The notes: generated from the sequence alone by a model not told the origin. A DNA stretch of 64,000 nucleotides from Salpingoeca rosetta (GCA_033442325.1 JAWQFM010000018.1:447482-511481); one strand, 5' to 3'; positions 15,659 through 28,180 are shown, counted from the stretch's first letter. Numbers and translations are program-made.

Positions 15659-18600
15659 ATTTGTTTGGCCTCGTTTTGCAAATTGCTTTGCTTTCTTGCC
15701 GGTCTCCTTTTCACCCCTCTCATCCTCAACATACAACATACAACACAACACAACACATTTACACATGAACAACCACACCGCAGGGTTTGCGCGGCTGTAC
15801 CGTGCGCTGAATTGCGCAATCACGCCGCTGGACGGAACATCCGTCGCACACAACACCATCCAGAAGGCGCTCGCACCCGTGTTGAGCGGCCGCAAGCTGT
15901 CCTTTGCCACGCAGCAAGCAGGTGCCGTGACGCAAGATGACTCCTCCTTCAAGCGAACGCCCGCGCAGGAATGGCGCGTGGAACGCATTTATCGCGTCAC
16001 ACGCGTGGACGCCGACATTCAACAGAGCGGTGAGTCGACATGTGTGTGTGTGTGTGCGTGTGTGCGTGCGCGTGCATGTGTGCGTGTGTGTGCGTGTGTG
16101 CGCGCGCGCGTGTGTGTGTGGCTATGTCCTCTCGTTCCTCACTCCTCCCATCACCTGTTCCCCTCACTGTCTCATCCACTGTTACATACACGTACCCATG
16201 CGACCAGGGCTTGACAATGTGCGTCTGCTGTATCACGGCACGCCGGCAGCAAATGCCTTCAGCGTCCTCGGTGCGTCGCCTTCTTTGTGTTGCTGTTACA
16301 ATGTGCACAAGCATCATATGCCACAAGCATTAAATTTTACGCACCACACATCTGCCTCTCCTTCTCAGCATGATAACCACAGCAACTCACCTTCAATCGT
16401 TGCACCTCACCACCACCACCACCTCACGCCCCACCGCCAGCGCGGGGCCTGCTGCTGCCTGATGTCGCCGTGAGCGATTGCGGCGGTCTTCGTCGCGATC
16501 CAGGCAAACTCGGCAGGTACCAGCAGAAAAAATTGATTTGTTCAAGGGCTTCCTTCGAGGGGGGTTTGCTTCTTGTGCGAGTACATGTTTGCACGCTGAT
16601 GCCTCGACCTCGCAATGCTGCTGCCAGTCATTAACTACTCACATGAACCCACATGAACCCACCCACACACACACACACACACCCACACACATACAAACCT
16701 CCTTGCAGCGGCGTGTATTTCGCTGAGGACCCGCGCGTTTCGCTCTCGTACGCGACCGTCACGTCCTCTGGCCGCGTGCTGCTCTTCGTTGCAGGTTGGG
16801 AAGACGTGATGTGGTTTCGTGTGGCTTGGTATGGCGCGTTCATAATGTGCCATTGGATGGATTCTGAATGCCGTGGGATGGACAGCAGCAAACCTGATGC
16901 TTGGCGGGATAGTGGGGTGGGGTGGCTAGCACATTTGAGTTTCGTCACATTGAGTGTTGTTACATTGAGTGTTGTCACATTGAGTTTCGTCACATTGAGT
17001 GTTGTACACACGACTTTGCCGCACTGCTTGTTGTTGCACTCCTCTCTGTTGTCAAATCTTCAATGTTTTGTTTGTTGGAATTGCTGCAGAGGTTGCGCTT
17101 GGTCGCGTGTACTCGACGACGGAGCCGATGTGGAACATCAAACGCCCACCACGAGGTATGCACGTGCACACGCCAGACAACGTGTGTGGGTGTCTGATGA
17201 ACATAAGGCACAGATGCACACCAGACATCCACACGCACGCGCCGGCTGTGCAACTGCTTCGTCTCACTTCTTTGCCGCATCAATACCTCTCTCCAGGATA
17301 CAACAGCGTCGTTGGTCAACCGCCTGTGTCGGCATCATCATCCGACAACACGGACAGCAGCGACAGCGAGAGCGAGACCCACCATGGCAGCAACGACGGC
17401 ACACACAACAGCACTAACACCCACAACAGCACTAACACCCACAACAGCACGAACACCAACAGCAGCAGCGGCAGTCGGAAGATTCATGCGAAGAGCAAAG
17501 TTGCGTTTCCCGATCGCGAGTTTGCAGTGTACGACCTCCGCCAGCAGCGTGTCAAGTACATTGTGCAACTGTGCCCGGTCGTGATGCAAGATGGGCAAGG
17601 GCTTCGGGCGCTGGAGCAGCGACTGAAAGGCGTTGACGATGAGGAGGCGGCCAGGAAGGCGAAGGAGGAAGAGGAAGCGAAGCAGCGCGCAGCCAAGCAC
17701 ACCGCATACCAAAACGCTTTTGTGCAGCAGCCAGCGTGAGTCCATCAACAGTGTGCATGTGTGTGTGTGTGTGTGCGCGCGCATGAGACCTTGTGTGTTG
17801 TGTTGTGTTGTGTGTGTGTGTGTGTGTGTTTGTGCGTGTGCGTGTGGACGAATTTGTGAGCGTCCGCATTTTTCTTATTCTGTATTCATCTCCCCCCCCC
17901 CCTTCGTGTGTCGACCCCCCGTCCCCTCCCTCCCTCCCTCCCTCCCTCCCTCCCTCTTCCCACACCCGAGCAGGACGGATGTTGAGTGGGTGTTGCCGCT
18001 GAGCCGCGAGACAATGCTGGCCATCGTGCCCGATGACGCCACGTGTCGCCGCATTCAGCACCTCCGCCGCCAACACGACCCCATCCACGCAGACACCATC
18101 CCGCCCCACATCCCGCTGCTGTCGCCGTTTGTGGCGCCACAGCAGCTCGATCAGGCAGCAGTCGTGCTCACGAGCGCACTCGCGGATGCACCGCCCATCA
18201 CCGTCTCCCTGTCATCGGCCCGTACCAGTACAAGTACCAGTACCACTGGTGCCGCTGGTGGACGAAAGGGCCACAAAGCCCTTGCTTTGACGCCAGACAA
18301 CCCGCAGCCGCTCACGGCGCTCTTCACGCATATCCGCACTGCCCTCGGTCCGGAGTTTGCGCAGGCGGCGCCACCGCAACCGCACATCACAGTCGTGTCC
18401 TCTGCGGCTTCGAATGCCTGCAAGCAATTGGTGTCACGCATCAACAGCGCGTGGAAGCCCGCGCGGTTTGTGGCGCGCCAGCTCGTGCTGATGCAACGCG
18501 ACCAGAACAGCCCGCACATGCACGTTGTTGCACACGTGCCCCTCGGCAATGCCACTGGTGGTGGTGATGGTGATGACGATGACACGAGGCGTGGACTCGG

Positions 18601-19475
18601 CAGGTTCTGGTTCCCAATCTCACAACAACTGAGTAGCAGTGATGGCGATGGTGAGGGTGGTGATGGCGATGAAGACGTGTTTGCTCGCATGCGGATGCTG
18701 AGTGACACGGACACGGAATCAGACGATGAGAGCGACAACGATGACGATGACGACGATGAACAACGGGGCGTGGAAGGCAGCAACCTGCGTGATCTGCCCA
18801 ATCCTCTCGGTGAGTGCATCAAGATTGACGTGCGGGTGGGGTGACGTGGAGAAAGGTGTTGAGATACGTTTGCCGGTTTTGTGTGGAACGTGTGTGTGCA
18901 TTTCTCGCGTACGCATGCAAACATCCCATCTGATGCCTTCTTATCTCATCATCCCCCACCATTATCACCCACCATCACGACCACCATCATCACCCATCAC
19001 CGCCACCGCCACCACACTTCAGATGCTGTGACGCCCGGTCTGCAGTCGTCGTCGGGGGCACCGCTGCCACTGCGCTCCGTGCACGTGCGAGGACGCGTTG
19101 TGGATCTCGTTGCCACGTGCACGGCCTACCAGACATATGTCAACGACAGTAGCGAGGCGATGGAGGCCAAGTACGTGTTCCCGCTGGACGAGACGGCGGC
19201 CGTGTGCGGCTTTGAGGCGTTTATCAACGACAAGCACGTGATTGGCAAGGTGAAAGAGAAAGAACAGGCACGACGGGAGTACAAGAAGGCGATTGAGGAA
19301 GGACACGGTGCCTACTTGATGGAGGAAGAAGAGGAGGCGCCCAACGTCTTCACCGTCAGGTGCGGTGGTGGTCTTGCTGTTGTTGTTTAAGTTGTTGTTG
19401 TTGTTGTCTCAGTTGTTGTTGCTGTTGTTGTTTAAGTTGTTGTTGTCTCAGTTGTTGTTGTTGTTGTTGTCTCAG

Positions 19476-19519
<44 letters not shown>

Positions 19520-19776
19520 GGCGATGATGCATCTGTGTCGTTGTCCTTCACTGTCATTCATCCCTCTTGCCTCACGCTCACACACGCACGTGCTTGCACC
19601 CGCTTGTCACTCTTCACACAGCGTGGGCAACCTGCTGCCAAAAGCGCGTGTTGTGATCAAGATCACGTTCATCATGGAACTCGCCGTGGAGGACAGGCAT
19701 CTTGGTGCGTCAGTGGTTTGTCTTGGTGTTGTGGACACTCGAGATGGGATGAGGCGGAGTGCTTTGCCTTCCTCAC

Positions 19777-19815
<39 letters not shown>

Positions 19816-21777
19816 TTGTTTCTGCCCCGCCTTGCTCCAAGTCTCTACCCCTTCCCCACCCTCCCCCACCGAAATCACCATTAACCCATCCATCAACCCA
19901 CCTGTAACTATGCAGTGTTCCGACTGCCGGGCGCCGTGTCGTCCAACACACGCGACGCGGCTGCTGATCACGCAACGCAGACAGCGGTGGCGACGACAGC
20001 GGCTGCTGTGGATGGTGTTGGGCTTGAAGGTGGCGTGTCAATCGTGCTGTCGCTTGAGATGCCATCGCTCATCGTCGGCATTCGCAGCCCCTCGCACCCG
20101 CAGGACCTCAAGGTGAAGACAACAGACACGCTGGCCACGGTGGAGGTGTCTGACATCTCGACGTTTGGTGACGACGGGTTCTTGCTTGATATTGATCTCG
20201 ACAACATCAACGCCCCGCGCATGTGGGTTGAGGAAGCGCCCGCAACACACACGCGTGCGTGCATGCTCGCATTCTACCCTGAAGTTGATGCACCCGCGCT
20301 CGACGTGGCGTACCACTTTATCTTGGACCTGTCTGCCTCAATGGCAAAATGCCTTGAGGACGCAGTCAACCTCGTCATCCTCGGTGCGTTTGTGTTGTGT
20401 TGTGTTGTGTTGTGTTGTGTTGTGTTGTGTTGTGTTGTGTTGTGTTGTGTTGTGTTGTGTTGTGTTGTGTTGTGTTGTGTTGTTTTGTGTTGTTTTGTGT
20501 TGTGTTGTGTTGTGTTGTTTTGTGTTGTTTTGTGTTGTGTAAACGTGTGTGTAAACGTGTGTGTAAACGTGTGTGTAAACGTGTGTGTAAACGTGTGTGT
20601 AAACGTTTGTGTGTGCGGGTGTCTTTCCCCAATGCAACACCAGAGTTCGTGATTCCCTACACCCATGCCAATATGCCAACCCCCTACATCCCCACCTCCT
20701 TCCCCCTGTCAGGCGTTGAGGAGCTCCCCACGTCCGCCGCCTTCAACGTCACCGTCTTTGGCGATCAGGCCGAGACGCTGTTCCCGCGACACGTTCGCAA
20801 GACACCGCGCCGTGCACGCACGGCCATCCGCTTCCTGCGCCGCTGTAAGGCAAACCTTGGCACGACGAACATCGAGGCGGTGCTGGCTGCCGCTGGGTGG
20901 CGGAAGCGCGCTGGTGCAGACGTTGCCTGCATGCTCGTCTCCGATGGCGAATTCCTGGACCAGCAACGCGTCCTAACCGTCGCAGCAAAAGACATGGTGT
21001 GTGTTTAGGTGGAAGAGAAGTGGGGGGGGGGTGCTGAAGGGGTGATGGTGATTGCGGTTGCTTTGCTTGCAGTATTCGGTGTGCAGTAACGTGCCACACG
21101 CACTTTCTCTCACTCTGCCTCACTCTCTGACTTGTCGTTGTTCCTACCTCTGCACCACCATGCTGCATTTTGCAGCCGCGCGTGTTCTGCTTTGGTGTTG
21201 GTCAGCACTGCCACCGCCACCACCTCTCCCAGCTCGCCAAACACACCCGCGCCACGGCTTGCTTCCCCGAATCCAAGCGCAAGTCGACGTGGCAGGTACG
21301 TCTATGAAAATGTGTGGATGTATGTCTACCGTGTGTGTGTTTGTGTGTGTGTTTGTGTGTTTGGATTACGTGTTGTTTCACCACGCCTCTCGCTCTTCAT
21401 GTCTCGCATTCTGTCTCTCACATGATCCTGGGTGGTGCATCCGTCACAGAATTTGATGCGAAAGCACATTGCATTTGCGAAGGAACCTGCGCTGGAGGAT
21501 GTCAAGGTGAGACATGCTGTGCTGTTGCAGCCATTTCACCGGCATTGTGTCTGTTTGTCTGCTCATCTTGTCTGCTCTCCACTTTCACTTGCACTCACGT
21601 AAACAAACACAAACACACACACACACAAACACACACAAACACACAAACACAAACACGCACACATAATCTCACCATTCTACAAGGTGGAGTGGCACACAAA
21701 CGACGACAATGCCTCAGCTGTCGTGTGCGCACCAGCGAACATTGGCACCGTCTTCAGCGGTCAGCGACAGGTATGCA

Positions 21778-21864
<87 letters not shown>

Positions 21865-22534
21865 TGTGCATGCATGCATCTGTTGGCATATGCGTGTCGT
21901 GTGTTCTGTGTGCTCATCCCCTTCACCAACCTGTCAATGGCACCTGTTCCCGCATCCACACAACTCATCGTTGCACACATCCACGCACCCACCTCGACCT
22001 CGATGCAGATTGTGTATGGGTTTGCGCCCAACTGCCACAGCGCAACCCTGCACGCGTCGCTGGGGGACCGCGAGTTCTCCACCGTCGTTTCAACAACACC
22101 GCTGCAGACCCTCAAGGGAACAACTCTGCACAAGCTCACAGGTACTCGCAACTGCGTGCGTGAATGTAGGTGCTTGAATGTGCATGGGACAGCGCGTATG
22201 TGTACAGCTGTGCCATCGCTCCAAGTGTTTGTCCACACACTCACGCTGCCGCGTTTCGTTGTGCCAGCACGGGCGGTGATTCGGGACTGGTCGCGGGGCC
22301 TGCTGTCGGACAATGCGGCGAAGGATAAGGCCGCGGTGGAGAGCAGGAAGGCCGACATCATCAACATGAGCATCGAACACTCCATCGTCACGGAGCACAC
22401 CAGCTTTGTTGCCATTGAGGAACGAACGGTGCGTCCAGTCTGCAGCGGTTTTTTTTTTGTTTTTGTTTTTTGCATGGCTTCTTTTGCGACATGTTGCACG
22501 CGAACACACTGGCATACGACACCAACAATCAATC

Positions 22535-22619
<85 letters not shown>

Positions 22620-23311
22620 ACGTAACACATCTGCTTCTCACTCACTTCTCACCTTTCATCATCATCATCACCACCACCATCAACCGTAATCACCATCATC
22701 ACCACTACGATCATCACCAGGGCGACGAGAGCGGGGGCGACACGGGCCCGAGCATCGAGGAGCTCCTGGCGCAGGAGAATGTGGATCAGCTGCCGTATGT
22801 GGCGTTTAGTCTTCCACCGCGGCTGCAGCGCAAGTTGGAGGAGGAGCAGAGCATTGCAGGGCACCTCTCCCACGCCAACGCCACCGTCAACATCAACGTC
22901 ATGCTGGCAAGCGACTTGTATATGCAGGTTCTCTCGGAGGTCCGCAGGCTGCCGTTGACCCACCACACGCGCCTCGACGCAGTCAAGTGCGTGGCCGATG
23001 TGTGTGCGTGTCTATGTGCGTGTGTGTGTGTGTGTGTGAAAAGGGAGTGCTGCGTGTTTGTTTGTATGCGTTTGTATGTGTGTGCATTCTTGTGAACAAA
23101 ACACACTTGTGCGTACCTTCCTTCCCCTTCACTGACAGTCACGTTGTGAATTGGTTTTCTCAGGTCCATTGCCACTTTTGCCACATCCCCGGACTGCCCG
23201 AAGCGCCTCTGGTTAGTACAGGTGTACATGCAGCTCAGCAACCACAAGTCACCAGCTCGGTTGTCTTGTCGTATGGGAGTGTGCAATCTCATTTACACAC
23301 ACACACACATA

Positions 23312-23351
<40 letters not shown>

Positions 23352-26300
23352 CGAGCACATGCTCACGCACGCACCCATGAACACAAACTCGCCATAACGT
23401 GCGCACCATCCACTGCTCAACACCTCCCTCCTCCTTCTCTTTCTCAGGCGTGCGGTGCAGCGGGACGTGCGAAGGGGCGAGAGTGTGCTGCTGCGCGGGA
23501 TGGAGACGCTGCAAGAGCGCGCGGCAGCAGCGGCATCGGCGCACTTTGCCAAGGACGAACACGACTTCAACGACCAAGAGAGCGATGAGCTTGCAGCCCT
23601 CCTCAACAACCTGCTTGAAGTGACTGGTGAGCTGCCGCACGAGGAACCAACCAGCAGCAGTGGCACCAGCAGCAGTGGCAGCGATGCAGACGACACTGAT
23701 GACTTCTCCAGCGCTTCCAGCGAGTGAGTTTGGACATGCAACTGTGCTTGTGATTGTGTGTGTGTGTGCTTGCTTGCATGTGCGTTCGTGGTGCCATTCT
23801 CTAACGACGCTCACACATGCCCCCCCCCCGACCACACAAACCAGGGAGGACTGGGACAACGACTCCGACCTCTCATATGAAGAGGAAAATGCAGAGAACT
23901 GCGCAGCGGCTGCTGCATACGAAAAGGAGGAGGAAGAAGAAGAAGAAGAGGAGGAGGAGGAGGAGGAATCCCTTGCCTCGTTCTTCAGTGAGTCTTGAAA
24001 CAACACGATGCTCTGTGTGTCTGTGTGTTGGTATTGTCCGTTTTAGTGCTGTTCACTCACACGCATGCATGTGTGTGTATCCGTTTTGTGTGTGCAGACA
24101 CCCTGACGCAGCGAAGCAACGACGAGCCGGCACCTGTTGTCCTCGATACAGGTGAGACAACGTATTTTGCTGTGTGTGCTCGCGCCTGCCCTTTCCTTTC
24201 TTGGTTACACCGCTCCTGTTCTCCGCTCACGCACACACACACACACACTCACATACGTGCAATCACACGCACACACACATTCACACACATTCATACACAT
24301 TCACACACATTCACACACAAACACACATTCACACACATTCACACACACACATTCACACACACACACATTCACACACATTCACACACATTCACACACATTC
24401 ACAAACATTCACGCACAACACACCACCAGGCATGGCGACGGTCAAGGCCGGGTTTGCAGGTGACGAGGCGCCACGGGCCGTGTTTCCAACGCAGGTCGGA
24501 CGCCCGCGCCACCAAGGCGTGATGGTTGGGATGGGCCAGAAGGACTCGTATGTTGGGGACGAGGCGGCGGCAAAGAGGGGAATCCTCACCATGTCGAGCC
24601 CGTTCCAGCGGCCGCCGCGCCCACCAGCACTGATGCAGGAGCACCAGGCACCCGCCACTACCGCAGCGGCACCGTCAGCGTCAACGGCTGTGCGTGCTAA
24701 GAGCGCCAAGAACGACAAGAAGCAGAAGGAGAAGAAGAAGAAGAAGGCGATGAAGCAAGCGTCCCCAGCCCTCGCGTTTGACAAGATCACACTAGAGGCC
24801 AACAAAGAGCAGGACCGTGAGCTCCGTATGTCCGATGCGCGCCTCACACAAGCGCCAAAGGCACCGGTCATGGACATGGACATGTTCGAAGAGACAGACT
24901 CGTTCGTGCCTGCAAGCAAGAAAAAGGGCAGCAGCAAGGTCCGTGCCTTGTTCAAGGCCCGCGCGCAGCCACCGGCTCCAGCTGCGGTGCCAAAGCCCAA
25001 ACCCGTGTCCAAACCAACGCCGCCCCCACCGCCACCTCCACCAGCTGAACCTGAGCCACAGCCTGAGTTCAAGCCGAAGATGAGGCTGATGAAGAAAAAG
25101 CAGCAAGAGAAGGAGGCCATGCCTGGAGCGAAAGCAGCGAGCATTGCCAGCACGTCTGCCGCCAGCTTCCGCCGTCCCACTCGCTCTGCTGCTGCGCCGA
25201 CCCCACCACCACCGCCACCAGCAGCAGCACCAGCAGCGCCATCGCTGCTGCTCAAGGCGGCGCCCACGCAGTCCTCACGACAGCAACAGCCTCAGGCCAT
25301 GTTTGGAGCAGGAGCACCAGCAGTACAACAGGGGCGATCCAGAAACGGTTTCCGGCTCTTTAGGTCAATCCGAAACAACCGACAAAACCAACAGCAACAA
25401 CAGCAGCAGCAGCAGCAGCAGCAACCACGACAACAACAGCAACAACAGCAACCACGACAACAACAGCAACCACGACAACAACAGCGTTTTTCGGCCTTTG
25501 GATCCGGTGTGCAGGCAACAACGACGAGTGCATTGAAGCAGCAGCAGCCACCACCGCCACCGCCACCTCCGTCACAAGCAAGGGCCCCCACGTCCATGTG
25601 CGCGGCGCGAGGTGGCTTTGCGGCGAGGGCTGCAAGCAGACGCGTGCACCGCACGACCATGTACGAATCATCGCTGCTCACGGGGTACGCGCCAACGCCT
25701 CCCCCTCCTCCTGCGCCACCAGCACCACCAGGCGGCCTCGCAGCAGCACCACCGCCGCCACCGCCGCCCTCGGCTGGCTTCTCGCGACCCTCGCTACAGT
25801 CAGCAAAGACGACGCTGAAAGCAACGCAGCCACGGGGCGCGTCAACAGCAGCCAATGAGACCAGCGTGTATGCAGCACTGGCCGCATCCATGAGCTCACG
25901 GCGCTCGGCCATCGCTGGTGGTGGAGGCGGTGATGATGATGACGATGACGACTTTGACGACTGGATGGAAGACGCAGAGGATGGCGATGGTGGCGGCGGC
26001 GGCGGCGGTGTCCGGTTTGGATATGTCAGCTCGATTGGACAAGTCGATAGCGCGTGGAGGACGTCCAGCCGAGCGACCCACACCATCCGCCCAACAACAC
26101 ACGCCGCGCTGGCGGCCGAAGGGGAGCGGAGGAGGAGAGAGGAGCGAGGCAGGATGCTGGACGAAGAGAAGGCGGCGATGGAGGCGGCCAGGCAGAAGAA
26201 ACTGGAAGCGATTCGCAAAGCAAAAGAGGCGATGGCCATTGAAGAGGAGACCGTGCGAACGATGACGGAATACGTGAAGCCAACTGCGCCGACGACGACG

Positions 26301-26774
26301 ACAGCAGATGGCACATCTGCACAGGCACCAACCGTCAACCAGTTCCTCGAAGACTTTTCCCTCAGTGAGTAGCGTGTGGTATGTGTGTGTGTGTGAGCAT
26401 GTGTATCTGTGTGTTTGTGTGTCTGTGTGTGTGTGTGTGTCTGTGTGTCTTGCCTGTGTGTGTGTTTATGTGTCTGTGTGTCTTGCCTGTCTCTGTGTAC
26501 AATGAAGGTCATTTGACTGTACTTACATTAATACCATGTCCGCTACACATCCCGCATAACCTCACCCCTCCCTCACGTTTTCGCCGCCCCTATTCCTCGC
26601 CCGCTGCAGTCATGCGCTGGTTTGGGTGTACGCACGAGGCGTACTCGGCGCTGATTGCCCTTCTCCAACGGATGGTTGACCGCCCGCTCGTCGTTGGCGC
26701 TCCCACCGCCACCTGGCTCTCGCCCGATCCTCCACACGACCTCAGGCAGCGCCTCCAGCAGACGCGCGCATGTC

Positions 26775-26866
<92 letters not shown>

Positions 26867-27220
26867 AGAGAGTGTGTATGTGTGTGTATGTGTCTGTCTG
26901 TCTGTGTGTGTGCCTGTCTGTGTGTCTGTTGATCTACGCACGCTCACCTCTCACTCATCCTCGCACGCGTGTCCTGCTCACATTTTGACGACGTGTGTAG
27001 GGGGCTTGCTGCGCATGCGCACGAATGCGTTTGAGTGCGAGGCGATTGGCTCCAAGCTGTTGAATGCCGTCAACAGCGCAAAGTCGTACGCGCTCAAGTT
27101 GAGTGATCTTGAGGAAACGGCGCGTCGTCTTGGTCTTGCCCGCAGCCAATCCGTCGCCTCTCTCCTCGACACGTTCGGCTTCTTCTCCCTCCCGCAACCA
27201 GTACGCGCCATTGTTTGTTT

Positions 27221-27294
<74 letters not shown>

Positions 27295-27679
27295 CGCGCT
27301 CTGTGCGTGTGTGTGTGTGTGTTTTTCTGCGCGCGCGATTTGTGTGTGGATGTATGTTTGTGCGTGTGTGTCAGTCGTCGTATGCGACGCCATGCTCCTG
27401 TCCAACACGGAACGCTGACAACGACGTTCCGCCCACTTCCTCTCCACTTCGCCCTCCCTCCTCACTCCGCAACAGGTGCAGGACGCGCTGCAGCTGCAGC
27501 TTGCGCTTGCGTTTGTGTATGTCGTGTGGAAACTGAACTGGCAGGAGCGCCGGGATCTTGTTGATGCGCTCGAAACGGTCGAGAAGAAGACGCGGTCGTA
27601 TGTGTTCCTGCGCGGCATGCCCACAGGCACCACCTCCGGCTTTGAGTTTGGTGTCGTCACGGCTCTCGCCCTCTCTTGA
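12168..27679 (+). CDS. PARP4: Vault PARP (PARP4-like): BRCT-WGR-regulatory-PARP catalytic-2H-VIT-vWA-14-3-3-like-actin fragment-polyPro-WCA-MVP-interaction domain; many exons
   Basis: BRCT at 12565-12830. LLYHGT (~16234), GVYFA (~16716), EVALG and DREFAVY (~17518). [47 protein letters not shown]. vWA DLSAS..VSDG. PARP4-specific [36 protein letters not shown]-terminal [19 protein letters not shown] resembles the MVP-binding domain. Splice phases checked across 22721-26610 are compatible. Confidence 0.88.
12565..12832 (+). other. BRCT domain of the PARP4-like gene
   Basis: [48 protein letters not shown]. Confidence 0.85.
15784..17575 (+). other. PARP catalytic domain exons with intact H-Y-E triad
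   Basis: [63 protein letters not shown]. Confidence 0.88.
16930..17006. repeat. Intronic 15-bp minisatellite (cacattgagtgttgt/cacattgagtttcgt) x5
   Basis: Direct tandem repeats visible in the sequence. Confidence 0.85.
18000..18548 (+). other. 2H phosphoesterase (2'-5' RNA ligase/LigT-like) domain within the PARP4-like gene
   Basis: [28 protein letters not shown] ... PQPHITV. Two HxT-type motifs about 90 aa apart; the first reads HIP. Confidence 0.75.
19023..19704 (+). other. VIT domain exons
   Basis: [56 protein letters not shown]. Confidence 0.92.
20300..21295 (+). other. vWA domain exons (MIDAS DxSxS)
   Basis: [38 protein letters not shown]. Confidence 0.85.
20388..20606. repeat. (TTGTG)n pentamer followed by (GTAAACGTGTGT)n, intronic
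   Basis: Tandem repeats visible. Confidence 0.9.
24098..24606 (+). other. Actin N-terminal fragment (about residues 1-71, including the D-loop) encoded by two exons inside the PARP4-like gene
   Basis: Exon 24098-24151 spliced to 24430 gives [12 protein letters not shown]|[58 protein letters not shown]. Confidence 0.92.
25700..25975 (+). other. Polyproline + WH2-like + central + acidic (WCA/VCA-like) module
   Basis: [64 protein letters not shown]. Confidence 0.7.
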
Positions 27680-27705
27680 GCGCACTTGCATGTTTGTGTG
27701 TGTGT

Positions 27706-27758
<53 letters not shown>

Positions 27759-28121
27759 TGTGTCTGTGTCTGTGTCTGTGTGTGTCTGTGTGTGTGTGTC
27801 TGTGTCTGTTTGTGTGTGTGTGCGTCTGTGTCTGTTTGTGTGTGTGTGTGTTTGTGTATGTGTGTTCGACCGCTTTCTGAGATTTATCCGCTGGCTTGCT
27901 CCTTTTTCATTCTTGCGCTGCCCATACAATGAAGCGAACAAGTCAAACCACAACAAATTCCATGTCGTCACCTATGCATCGATTCAACACAAACAGCACA
28001 CACGCACACACATACACAGTGAAGCAAGGTCGCTTACTGATGAGGGCAAAAGCATCAGTGTAACGCAGTGGAGAAAAATGGGGAACTCGTAGGAAAAAGC
28101 AAACAACGGAAAGCATGGACG

Positions 28122-28180
<59 letters not shown>

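Noticed and set aside
24430-26372. Stand-alone actin gene or actin pseudogene
   Set aside because: Homology ends at about residue 71, no other actin parts are seen, and the frame is open and spliceable into PARP4 on both sides.
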